Source: Octopus sinensis (Eukaryota). From it: a DNA stretch of 64,000 nucleotides. Below are positions 23,752 through 35,159 of this stretch, piece after piece. The position numbers and the translations under genes were made by a program. The stretch's first letter is position 1. Every line of letters begins with the position of its first letter. Below the pieces are notes generated by a model that saw only the letters and a program-made list of their open reading frames with translations, had not been told where the DNA came from and made no database searches. Where the stretch lies: the NCBI RefSeq assembly GCF_006345805.1, contig NC_042997.1:33976001-34040000 (forward strand). Direction: 5' to 3'.

Positions 23752-24816
23752 AGTCTTTCGGTTCCAGACAACACATTGCCGCTGTTTTTATAATTTCTTA
23801 TATAATTTTAGTATTGGTAATTTGCTGAGTGTGTGAGTGTTTTGTACTTGCTGTGCAGCGGTTTTGAAGGTGGTGCTTTTTCTCCGCGTTAAGGAGAAGT
23901 AGCTAGGCTAAATGAGTATTCAAGCTGAGGCGGAAACGCCGGAGAGCTTGGCAGAGACGATAGCGATAGGAGATAAGTCTGGGAGTGTGGGTGGAGGGCA
24001 GAATTCCTCGCTGCTTTAAATGTGGCCTGAAGGGCCACATAAGAGCGAATTGCCCTCCATCGATCAAGGAAGCGGAAGAGCAGCGACCCCAGGAGTGTCC
24101 ACGAGAGAAACAACAGGAAGAACCAAGGAATGACGAGACAACACCGGTAGAGGCGGAAAAAACAACAGAAGAAAAAGAGTGGGAAAACCAGCGGGAAAAG
24201 AAAGAGGAAGAAGTTAAGTCACTCACATGCGGAACCCCAACCCACCCAATGCTCTTCCACACCATCTTCGTCCTACCCTCTCCCTGCAGACACTAAACCT
24301 ATCCACTCCTCTCCAATACGAATACAAAAAAGAAGCGACAGTACACACAATGATTTACAAACTCCCCCTCCCATTGATTGCTATGCATGTATTCTTTTTG
24401 AGGGCGCAGAAGCTGAACTACTAGATATAGTAGTAGGATGGCTTAATTTAGTCTATATGAACGTAAATGACAAGGAGAGCGGTGAATATACATCTTCTCT
24501 GCTAACAGAAAAAACATTTGAACGAAATCAAAAGATTTAAGGACGGTTATGAGGTATGGAAGGTGAATTATAACCCGGATAAGTTACCTAGAACAATAAA
24601 CCATGAAGGACTTAAAAAAACGATACCGACGAGATATAATGGAAAACAGGGAAAAAAAAGGCAAGTAAGTGGGGTTACTTGATGGGGCAAGTAACATCAT
24701 TTCCATTTCTCATCTTCATTTTTCCATCATATCATACGTTTTAATTTTTTTCTTTGTTCTATGTCCCCAATGTTTTGTATGACCCCCTCTTTGTAAGCCC
24801 GTATGGGTAACAAAGA
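23752..24816 (+). mobile_element. ORF1-only LINE-like element 1 (internally deleted; CCHC knuckle EGRIPRCFKCGLKGHIRANCP)
   Basis: 5' motif AGTCTTTCGGTTCCAGACA. Cx2Cx4Hx4C knuckle followed by a Glu-rich tract. No endonuclease or RT. 3' tail resembles the SINE A tail. Confidence 0.65.
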
Positions 24817-24817
24817 A

Positions 24818-26435
24818 AGTCTTTCGGTTCCAGACAATAGCTAACAAGCCTGTGCTTTTTATTTTTTGGGTTACTCATGGGTGTTGGTAGTGAATTCTTC
24901 GACGTGAGTTCGAATCATTACACACTGATATTGTTATGTTTGTTGTAGGTCTCCCCGCGCGGGTGAACCAAGATTCGTTGAATTGTTTAAATTGTTGAAT
25001 TTTAGTCGCTGTTTTGTTTGCATCTGTATATTCCCCGTCTACGGGAGAAGCAGAGAAAGGGAGAGAGATGGAGAATAGACAAAGTTAAACAGCGGCTACG
25101 ACCCAAGGAATAAATGCCAACACCCTGGAAGTACAGGAATTAGAAATTGACACAAAAAACTGGAGGGAAGGAAGCCAATTGGTAAAAAAGGAGGTAGCCA
25201 GTCTAAAGCTGATTCCTCCAGAAGAACTGATGAACAGCGTAGCGAAGAGGACGGTAGTATCCCGAATGTTGTCTACGTCCTCGAACAAGATAGAGTTCGC
25301 CCCAAGGCAAGAAATAGAGGAGTACCTCGAAAAAGTTAAAAGATTTACCACATTCTATACACGTGGTAGAAAGTATGGTACAGTGGAAGAAAGGTTTGGC
25401 AACGAAGAAGATGCCATAAACCACCACTCCACGGACCCGTTACGGACAACAAAATGGATTCTACTTCCGACATACTGTGGCAAACATGCTGCCAGAGTGA
25501 GAGTTAGAAGAGAGCCCCTGAAATCGAGGAAGAATGGCTGGTGGCAGCCATAACGCACGATATGAAGGAGGGGGCGGAACTCCTCAAGATAACGAGGACC
25601 CAAAAAGTCAATTGGTGGGGCTATGGCCTCGAAATGATCATGCACTTATCTTTGGAAGACTTGCATAGTATAACGGAGGAAACAATACTCCCGGAAGACA
25701 CCAGACTTCGAATAACGGTTGAAGGAAGACCGCCAACATGCTTCCTATGCGGTAAAAAGGGGCACTTGAAAGCAAGATGTCCCGAGAAGGAAGAGGAAGA
25801 GGAGAAGAAAAGTGAAGAAAACAATACCGAAGAGGTAGTATCAATAAAAGAGACAGATATAGAGGAGGAATCCTTCAAAGTAGTAAACAGAAAGAGAAAG
25901 GAACGGGTGAGCTCTCCCCCAGACAGTCAAAAAAGGTTAAAAGAGATTGAAACGGAAGAAAAAAGAAATAGGTACGAAGCACCAACAGAAGTAGTAGTGA
26001 AAGAAGGCACACAGGAAGAAACAGCCTTACAACAGGTGGAAAGAGGAAGCGTTTATGACATTGGTTATAATGTTTCTGCACGCCCGGACAGATCAGGACG
26101 GGAGCCGAAGCAAGCAGAAGTGAAAAGGAAGAGATATAAGTGGCATTTTGTCACGTATACCAAAAGTACAGAAATAGAGAAAAATATTGTAAAATATAAA
26201 TCGGTAATAAGAGTAAAGCTGCCGCCAGGAAAATACCCGGAAAAGACTAAACGAATAGTCATAGATAGAGAGAGATTTGAGAAATTGAGAGAGATATTTG
26301 GAAGTTACATGGATCCGCTGGGGGTTGAAGTCGAGTTTCACGAGCTCCCACCGGTCGTGGAATTAGAAGATTTGAAACCCTTTATGAACATTTAAAAGCC
26401 AGTGAATAAAATTTGTGTTTCATAAAAAAAAAGAG
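24818..26435 (+). mobile_element. ORF1-only LINE-like element 2 (L1/Tx1-type ORF1)
   Basis: Same 5' motif as element 1. ORF1 spans 25068-26395, followed by AATAAA and an A-rich tract. No ORF2 is visible. 3' boundary uncertain. Confidence 0.7.
25068..26395 (+). pseudogene. Gag-like ORF1 (RRM-like N-terminus plus CCHC VEGRPPTCFLCGKKGHLKARCP)
   Basis: ATG at 25068 is in frame with the 25179 ORF. One early stop at codon 7 and one frameshift near 25510-25550 join the 25179-25553 and 25541-26395 ORFs. Confidence 0.75.
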
Positions 26436-26914
26436 GAAAATAGACTGTTTAAAAGTCTAAAGAAAAAAGAAAAAGAACGATAAAAAAAGACTGTAAGAAC
26501 GTTTAGTTGTAAAAAAGAAATCACGGTTTCGTCTCGGAGCAGGACCGAGAAAACCGCCTCATATTCTTTCAAATCTCTGTACTTATCGCACACGCATACA
26601 TCCATGTTTGTACACACACTTTTTGTTCTTATGACGGTCTGTCTATTATTATGCATATATGATGCACACGCATGTTAACCTATCAATGAAATCTTCTCTT
26701 AAACATTCTACCCGGTTGTGTCTCTCTTTTCCTTCTGGCATATATACGCATTCTTTTCATATTTATTGTATCGACCGTGTGATGTGCAAAGGAGCCATTC
26801 TCGTCACCTCACTTCGCATGGTCGTTTACAGATGTTTCTTTGGAATTGCTGACGCGATGCAAAAGCACAGAAATCTTTGCTACGTTAAAAAAAAGAAGAT
26901 ACAAATACGCTATA

Positions 26915-27211
26915 TCTTTATATATAAAAGTGAAGTTGTGTGTCTGTCTCCTACGATTTAGATTCCTAGCTACTCCCACATTTTGCGGTACAGTTTAACC
27001 AAAACTGGGTATCTTATAGTCGTGATTCATATCGAGCCCTTCTGGGTATTAGCGCGCGTCTACGATGAGTCTACGATTAAAAAAAAATTACCATCAATTT
27101 TTCCCATTTTTAATGCATTTTTTTGCTATTATATAAGGGAAGTAACTCTCTAAAAATGCTTATATAGTTATTTCCCTTACAAACCCGAGCAACGCCGGGC
27201 GATACTGCTAG
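26915..27211 (+). mobile_element. Helitron-like element, subfamily 1
   Basis: A|TC...hairpin...CTAG|T. Confidence 0.85.
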
Positions 27212-27653
27212 TATATTATATTTATATATCCAACAAAATGAGTTTTCGTTATTTCAAAGTCGTTATCTAGTAAATGACTTCATCTGAGACGGTGAGTTGA
27301 AATTGAAGCAAATACATCACGGAAGAAGAGCTATTTATTAAACACACAAAATTGTTAAATACACTTTTACTTTATTTGACGAGGTGTGTAGTTGTAACGG
27401 TGACCAGGTCGCAGTTGCTCGACGAAAAACTTTTACTTTTCATGAAATATATTTAAAGTAAATCTAACAGCTTTACGTATCACTAAATGGCTTTTCCACG
27501 AAGTAGTTGGTTGTTCTTTATTTTGTGGGATATCAAAAGTGATTTCAAATATAGACCTACGTGCGAACACATCGAGGGTCTTAACTGTTTTCATTTATGA
27601 ACAAATCATGGTTTAATATAAAATTTCATTGAACTGGAGTGACTACTAATTTC

Positions 27654-28075
27654 GGATCTTTTCGGTTTGAACGGCAGTTTTTAACATAATTTCTAGGTAA
27701 CTAAAAAATTTTAAACTTCGTATACTGGTAGAATGTGTTTATAAAACATTCTACCAGTATTCTGAGAAAATTCTATAGTTTGTAAGATACTTGTTTTTTT
27801 TTCTTCAATTTCTGCAATTTCAACCAATCACTGACATCTATTGAGGTAAAAAACATTCTCTGCCGTATGAATATGTCCCTTGTATAAGAAACAGATTGGG
27901 TTTATTTACATTTGTGAAGAAAAAAAGATACCCCTCCTCCACCCCAAACTCAAACCTTAACCCTAACCCTAAAACAGATTGAAATGCAATAGATCGATAC
28001 TAGGGTCATAATTATGGGTGACAATTTCATATGACACCGCTAGAAAAAAAACTGCCGTTCAAACCGAAAAGATCC
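27654..28075. mobile_element. MITE with GGATCTTTTCGGTTTGAACGGCAG TIRs and 8-bp TSD CTAATTTC (Merlin-like)
   Basis: TSD at 27646-27653 and 28076-28083. Internal CCCTAA-like repeats. Confidence 0.85.
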
Positions 28076-28488
28076 CTAATTTCCTCTTATTGTTCTTGTC
28101 TCGATTGTTTAACCGGGTGAGAAAAAAAACCCAAAAGGAGTACTCAATGTTTATATGTTAATTTATTTGAAGCTAACATTTGACTTTGTCGCTATTCTAC
28201 GTTTCTCTTTCTAAACATATTCGTTGACAGTTAATAGGAAACATGAACTACATGGATTACTAGCAGGTATACAAGTTGTAGACTTGTCTGCCTTAATGCT
28301 GTTAATTAATTTTGGTGGTCAGATTTGGTTGCTTGGGGGAAAATAATGAGATGCAACTGTCAGAACAGCTTGGCAGCAGCAAACGTTTTCAATTACAAAC
28401 GAGATTTTAACCACTTTGTAGTCATGTATGTACTCAAACACACAAGTATTTTTGTATTTCAGCTTACATAAACATATAACCACGAGAA

Positions 28489-28839
28489 GGCGTGTGAGCT
28501 GGCAGAAACGTTAGCGCGCCGGGCGAAATTGTTTTATTCCTACCCACAAGGGGCAACATAGAGGGGACAATACAATCGGGAAAAATAAAATAATGAATTA
28601 TGAAGTTTGTACAATGTGGTGTAATGCCCACTGCGCGCCGGGCGAAATGCGTAGCCGTATTTCATCTGTCGTTACGTTCCGAGTTCAAATTCCGCCGAGG
28701 TCGACTTTGCCTTTCATCCTTTCAGGGTCGATAAATTAAGTACCAGTTACGCACTGGGGCCGATGTAATCGACTTAATCCGTTTGTCGGTCCTTGTTTGT
28801 CCCCTCTGTGTTTAGCTCCTTGTGGGTAGTAAAGAAATG
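28489..28839 (+). mobile_element. SINE family A (14-bp TSD tataaccacgagaa) carrying a nested 103-bp insertion
   Basis: TSD at 28475-28488 and 28840-28853. Nested insert 28530-28632 has its own 16-bp TSD. Confidence 0.85.
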
Positions 28840-28925
28840 TATAACCACGAGAATGTAGAGATACTATTTAGGGATTTCAGAATGAGCATGAAGGCAAAAA
28901 AAAAAAGAAAAAAATACCAACAAAC

Positions 28926-28976
28926 TAGGATTCTTGGCTTTTACCCAGGCGACTTAGTTCAGTTCTCGGTGTGGGA
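28926..28976 (+). pseudogene. Degenerate 5'-truncated tRNA-Glu(TTC) pseudogene
   Basis: TAGGATTCTTGGCTTTTACCCAGGCG...TCGGTGTGGGA aligns with the recalled tRNA-Glu TAGGATTCCTGGTTTTCACCCAGGCG...CCGGTGTGGGA. The T-arm is damaged. Confidence 0.6.
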
Positions 28977-29135
28977 TCGGTGGTATTTATAGGCGCAGGC
29001 GTAGTTCTGTGGTAAGAAGTTAGATTCTGAACCACATGATTCTGGGTTCAGTCCTACTGCATGGCATCTTGGGCAAGTAATTTTATAAATAGCTCCGGGA
29101 CATCTAAAGTAAGTGGATTTGGAGGAACGAAACTG

Positions 29136-29804
29136 GGATCTTTACCTTTTGACCGACAGATTTTAAAAATAATTTTTTGTAACTAAGTATTTTCAAACTT
29201 CGTACACTGGTAGAATGTGTCCCATAAAACCTCTTTTACTCTTAGCGCTTTTGAGAAAAGCTTATATTAAGGAAGTTATTTCACGTTAAAGTTGTAGTAT
29301 TTCGGTAATTTCAACCAATCAGTGACGTGTATTCAGTTGAATAAAATTACTGTCGTTGTTTGTCAACAAGAACTTCCAGTGGTGTATATTTCGTTTGTCA
29401 CTGTTATTTGTGACAACCCTAACCCTAAAATCTTAATCTTAAAACCCTAACTAACCCTTACCCTAAAACTCTAACCCTAACCATAAAACCTTATGACTAA
29501 AACCAGTGCAAACGCACGAACGATGTCATAAATAACAGTGACAAACGAAAAATTTACCGCAGATAGTTGTTGTTGACAAACAACGGCAGAAATTTTATTC
29601 AGCTGAATACACTTCATTGATTGGTTGAAATTACCGAAATACTACAACTTTAACGTGAAATAACTTCCCAAATATAAGCTTTTCTCAAAAACGCTAAGAG
29701 TAAAAGATATTTTATATGACACATTCTACCAGTGTCCGAAGTTTGAAAGTGTTTAGTTACAAAAAAATAATTTTTAAAATCTGTTGGTCAAAAGATAAAG
29801 ATCC
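29136..29804. mobile_element. Fold-back Merlin-like element (~280-bp imperfect TIRs, 8-bp TSD CGAAACTG) inserted in a degraded SINE B
   Basis: TSD at 29128-29135 and 29805-29812. GGATCTTT termini. Centre is degenerate (CCCTAA)n. Confidence 0.85.
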
Positions 29805-29838
29805 CGAAACTGAAAGAATCATGCCATATATATATATG

Positions 29839-30241
29839 CTCTTTACTCTTTTACTTGTTTCAGTCATTTGACTGCGGCCATGCTGGAGCACCGCCTTTAG
29901 TCGAGCAAATCGACCCCGGGACTTATTCTTTGTAAGCCCAGTACTTATTCTATCGGTCTCTTTTGCCGAACCGCTAAGTGACGGGGACGTGAACACACCA
30001 GCATCGGTTGTCACGCAATGCTAGGGGGACAAACACAGACACGCAAACACACACATACATATATATATGCATATATACGACAGGCTTCTTTCAGTTTCCG
30101 TCTACCAAATCCACTCACAAGGCATTGGTCGGCCCGGGGCTATAGCAGAAGACACTTGCCCAAGATGCCACGCAGTGGGACTGAACCCGGAACCATGTGG
30201 TTGGTTAGCAAGCTACTTACCACACAGCCACTCCTGCGCCT
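29839..30241 (-). mobile_element. SINE family B
   Basis: Matches other family B copies. Confidence 0.85.
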
Positions 30242-30598
30242 ATAGCCACTCCTGCGCCTATTTTATATATGTACAAAACACTTCAAGATAATGCTCCAGC
30301 ACGGCCGCTGTCTACTGAATTCAGCAAAAGAAGATAAAAGATTCGTATGTCATGTATGCAATATTTGATCAGAGGATGTACATTTTTCATCAAAATATGG
30401 CCAAACGTGCGTTGTATCCAACTTTTGACAGAATTCTACAAGATGTTTATATCTAAACAAAGGGTTCAAAGGGTAACGGGTGACATTGATTCAATTGGTG
30501 ATCTCATCTGACCAGGAAAAGCTTTTAGCTCTATAGATTATTACGCATTGTAAAACTAGAAAATTTTGATATATTTATTGAATTTATCAAATTAAAAG

Positions 30599-30991
30599 CG
30601 AGCGGTTACTGTTTATTTCTCGCTCTGAGATTTAATAATGTTTACAGTCAGTTTTTCGAAATCAGTGGCAGACGTCACTAGAAAAACTCTTATATATTTG
30701 CAAAGCAGGCCTTGTCTTTCATCGTGACCTGGTGGTTACCGCCCGTTGATAGGAGACAATAATCTCGAAACCGGTCCGGTGCGTATCACTCAGGCTTACG
30801 AGGAAGGTATGGCCTCCCTTTGCAAATACCTGAAGGTCACAGAAAGTGTGTCTAAAGCCAGCTGGAGACGTTGATCTCCTGGGGGTAAAAAGCTACAGTA
30901 ACACCCCCACTTTGTGGTTAACCATATTGAGATGGCTTTTATACTTTACATTGTCGAGCGGTTACTGTTTACATCTCGCTCTGAGATTTAA
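30599..30991 (+). mobile_element. Retrozyme/Penelope-derived non-coding unit: 37-bp direct repeats 356 bp apart with a central hammerhead-like motif
   Basis: Repeats at 30599-30635 and 30955-30991 (2 mismatches). Motif at 30741-30782. Confidence 0.5.
30741..30782 (+). ncRNA. Minimal type I hammerhead-ribozyme-like motif (variant core)
   Basis: Stem I CCG/CGG. Core UUGAUAG versus canonical CUGANGA. Stem II GAGA/UCUC, then GAAA, palindromic ACCGGU stem III and a GUC cleavage triplet. Confidence 0.5.
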
Positions 30992-31028
30992 CAAATTAAG
31001 AGTGTTTTCTTTTTAATATTCATGAAAT

Positions 31029-31775
31029 CAAGGCGGCGAGATGGCAGAAACGTTAGCACGCCGGGCGAAATGCCTAGCGGTATTTCGTCTGCCGTTACGT
31101 TGTGAGTTCAAATTCCGCTGAGGTCGGCTTTGCCTTTCATCTTTTTGGGGTTGATAAATTAAGTACCTGTTACGCACTGGGGTCGATGTAATCGACTTAA
31201 TACCTATGTCTGTCCTTGTTTGTCCCCTCTGTGTTTAGCCCCTTGTGGGTAGTAAAGAAATAGGTAATACCACTAAGCATTTCGCACGGCGTAAGTACCA
31301 GTTACGCACTGGGGTCGATATAATCGAGTTAATCCGTTTGTCTGTCCTTGTTTGTCCCCTCTGTATGTAGCCCCTTGTGGGCAGTAAAATAGGAATCGTT
31401 AGCACGCCGGGCGAAATGCTTAGCAGTATTTCGTCTGCCGCTCCGTTCTCAGTTCAAATTCCGCCGAGGTCGACTTTGCCTTTCATCCTTTCGGGATCGA
31501 TTAAATAAGTACCAGTTACGCACTGGGGTCGATATAATCGACTTAATCCGTTTGTCTGTTCTTGTTCGTCCTCTCTGTGTTTAGCCCCTTGTGGGTAGTA
31601 AAGAAATAGGTATTTCGTCTGTCTTTACGTTCTGGGTTCAAATTCCGCCGAGGTCGACTTTGCCTTTGATCCTTTCGGGGTCGATAAATTAAGTACCAGT
31701 TGCGTACTGGAGTCGATTAGATCGACTGCCCCCACCCCCAAATTTCTGGTTTTGTGCCTAGAGTAGAAAAGAATA
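31029..31775 (+). mobile_element. Head-to-tail cluster of four SINE A/E copies or fragments
   Basis: Repeated cores at about 31100, 31300, 31460 and 31650. Confidence 0.8.
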
Positions 31776-32607
31776 TTCATGAAATCCTTGTCCCCTCTAA
31801 AATATCAACAAATATCTGTACTGGTTGTCGAAATGTGATTTATGATCTCTTTTTTTTTGCCTGGTTAATGAGATACACACACACACATACACACACACAC
31901 ACACACACTTATTCCACTTTCACACAAACACACACACACTCACACAAAAAGACACTTGTCAGATTTTTGAAATTTGCCCAAAATTATTTCCAATTTTGTT
32001 GAAATCAAATAATTCACTGAATTAAGATAAATAAAAAAAAAAGAATGTTTATTGATAACCAAAATTAAATAGCAAATGCTTCCAGCAATTATTATCTTTG
32101 AGTTTAAAAATAAAAATAAATTCTTTTCTTCATATTATCAGCGAGATTTTTTTCCAGAAATACTAGTTCAAATTTTTACCACTTTCTGAATTGCTACAAA
32201 TAAAATATTCCAAGTTTTTTTTTTAAAGATTTCAAATTCAATTTATATTTAATCACCTACCAAAACGTTTTCTTTCACGGTTCAGTTATGAAGATCTTTC
32301 TAGTCAAAACCAAGATTCAAGTGTTATAATTCTGTAGGAACTTTTCAATAAATTTGATAAAATGATCTGTTATTTTTTTGTTTTTTTTTGTTAGGAGGGA
32401 AAGTAATGCCCACGATCCTTAACAGAGTCTCCAAGACTGGTGGATGCATCCAGTTAGCTTGAAACTGGAGTCCTGGCCCGAATGCTTGGAACGGAATAGG
32501 ATCTACTAAGAACATCCAAGGTGCCAAGTGGTGTTGTTAAACTGGGTGACGGATTAAGTTAACCACGCAAATAGACCATGGTGGCATTTGAACCGTATTT
32601 TTCTTCT

Positions 32608-32788
32608 TTTATTTGTTTCAGTCATTTGACTGCGGCCATTCTGGGGTACCGCCTTTAGCAGAATCAAATCGACCCCAGGACTTGTTCTTTGTCAGCCTAG
32701 TACTTATTCTATCGGTCTCTTTTGCCGAACCGCTAAGTGACGGTTGTCAAGCGATGATGGTGGGGGAGGGGGACAAGCACAGAAACAA

Positions 32789-32843
<55 letters not shown>

Positions 32844-33015
32844 AACATATATACGACGGGCTTCTTTCAGTTTCCGTCTACCAAATCCACTCACAAATCT
32901 TTGGTCGGCCCGAGGCTATAGTAGAAGACACTTGACCAAGGTGCCACGCAGTGGGACTGAACCCGGAACCATGTGGTTGGTGAGCAAGCTACTTACCACA
33001 CAGCCACTTCCTGCG
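32608..33015 (-). mobile_element. SINE family B (diverged)
   Basis: Matches other family B copies. Confidence 0.8.
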
Positions 33016-33292
33016 TATACGAAAAAAACCCCCCAAAAACAGAAGAAATATCATAAAGCATCCGGTCCCATTTTGTTACAGTTATGCCAGTCTAGCATCG
33101 CTAATTACTACTTTTTTTTTTTATCAGTCCCAAGAAAATGAAAGGTAAAGTTGACCTCAGCAGTATTTGAACTCAGGACGAATACAATCGAAACAAATGT
33201 GACGCCAACGACGTTTTTCCAGCTCTTTATCTTTTATGCCGCCATGCTCAACTTTACTTTTGCTCCTTTTAGGATCGATGAAATAAGGTATC

Positions 33293-33900
33293 CTAAAATT
33301 GCTGGCCTTGTGCCGAAATGAGAAAGTCTTTCATCGGGTGCTTATCGCTCTTTAACCAGTCGGACGTAGCCTCATAGTATTTGGTGTTTGTTACTGAATG
33401 GTTTTGGATTATATTTTTCTCTGAGAGGCAATTTGCTACTCTTCTAAGAGAATCAGGATTGTTAGGTGATAGTTCGGCGATAGAGCATTGCATTGATATT
33501 ACTTCTGTGTTTGTACTTGGAAGTTAGCTCTCTGTCCACTGTAATGGTTGCATATTTTGCTTCTATTTTTTTACGAGACTTGTAGATGCTATAATTGACC
33601 ATTAAAGGTTTTCTGACACTTTTCTCTTTAAGTATCAAGGTTTATTTACATAAAAACGTTGCGTTCAATCTAGTTGGCTTGAGGAATATTGTATTTAATG
33701 AGTTCCTTTTTTTTATGTTCAAGACTTTTTGTGTCACTCTAATATAGCTGGTCTGCTTGCCGTTGATAATTATTACTTTTACATGGAATGCAATATTCTT
33801 CTGGCATTTACAGTTAAAGGAGCAATTATTTTAGGGATTGTAAATACCTGTGGTTTCAAGCTCGTTTATATAACTGACCATTTTGTGATCATGTTTTTGT
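33293..33900 (-). mobile_element. Possible degraded R4/Dong-type non-LTR retrotransposon fragment
   Basis: SDWLKSDKHPMKDFLISAQGQ resembles the recalled WL..ETEGF(I/L)IAAQDQ motif. The rest is heavily decayed. Confidence 0.35.
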
Positions 33901-34185
33901 CTGATAATTCCTATCTAAAGTATGCAACTTTGGTCACATGTCATGTTGGTTTAGCTAAAGAACACGTAGTTATGTTGCCATTATCGGAAAATACTACCTG
34001 AATAATGCTAGAAAGATTTTGGTCAAAGTACCAAATTACTATTACACCGAAGGTCGAAGCAATTAATCCTCCCTGTTATGGTTATCTTTTTCAGTGGATT
34101 TTGGCTTTATTGGGGCATCATTGTGGAATTTTCAATCTCAAAACAGGCGTATATGCATGTATATGTTCACGTTTATGCATATCTC

Positions 34186-34592
34186 TCTCTTTACTCTTTT
34201 ACTTGTTTCAGTCATTTGACTGCGGCCATGCTGGAGCACCGCCTTTAGTCGAGCAAATCGACCCCGGGTCTTATTCTTTGTAAGCCCAGTACTTATTCTT
34301 TCGGTCTATTTTGCCGAACCGCTAAGTGACGGGGACGTAAACACACCAGCATCGGTTTTCAAGCAATGCTAGGGGGACAAACACAGACACACAAACACAT
34401 ACATACATATATATATATATACATATATACGACAGGCTTCTTTCAGTTTCTGTCTACCAAATCCACTCACAAGGCATTGGTCGGCCCGGGGCTATAGCAG
34501 AAGACACTTGCCCAAGATGCCACGCAGTGGGACTGAACCCGGAACCATGTGGTTGGTTAGCAAGCTACTTACCACACAGCCACTCCTGCGCC
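34186..34592 (-). mobile_element. SINE family B
   Basis: Matches other family B copies. Confidence 0.85.
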
Positions 34593-34771
34593 TATATATA
34601 TTTTATTTAATGTTTGTTTTTTTTATGTAAATTATACATGCATATATACATGCACACACACATACACACACATATATATATATATATAAACTCTGAAGGC
34701 ACTGCAAGGCTTTTGCTTGTATTTTAACAGTGAGAATTAATGAAAGAAAACGCCATGTACAGATCGTTATA

Positions 34772-35159
34772 TCTTTATATATAAAAGCGAAGTTGTGTGT
34801 CTGTCTACTCCGATTTAGATTCCTAACTACTCCCACATTTTGCGGTGCAGTTAAACCAAAAGCGGGTATCTTATAGTCGTGATTCATATCGAGCACTTCT
34901 GGGTATTAGCACGCGTCTACGATGAGTCTACGATTTTAAAAATAATTTACCATAATTTTTTTCCATTTTAATGCATTTTTTTTAAAGGGAAGTAACTCTC
35001 TAAAAATGTCTACGATGAGTCAACGATTTAAAAAAAAGTTTACCATAATTTTTTTTCCATTTTTAATGCATTTTTTGCTATTTTTTTGCTATAACTCTCT
35101 AAAAATGCTTTATAGTTATTTCCCTTACAAACCCGAGCAACGCCGGGCGATACTGCTAA
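34772..35159 (+). mobile_element. Helitron-like element, subfamily 1, with an internal duplication
   Basis: A|TC...hairpin...CTAA|T (CTRR end). Confidence 0.82.

Noticed and set aside
24900-24920. B-box-like GAGTTCGAATC in the 5' UTR of element 2
   Set aside because: No convincing A box or cloverleaf.
28231-28266. Possible 36-nt plus-strand micro-exon (NRKHELHGLLA)
   Set aside because: Moderate donor, no homology, and no neighbouring exons to link.
29415-29500. CCCTAA repeats as a telomere or fusion relic
   Set aside because: Degenerate and internal to TSD-flanked MITEs.
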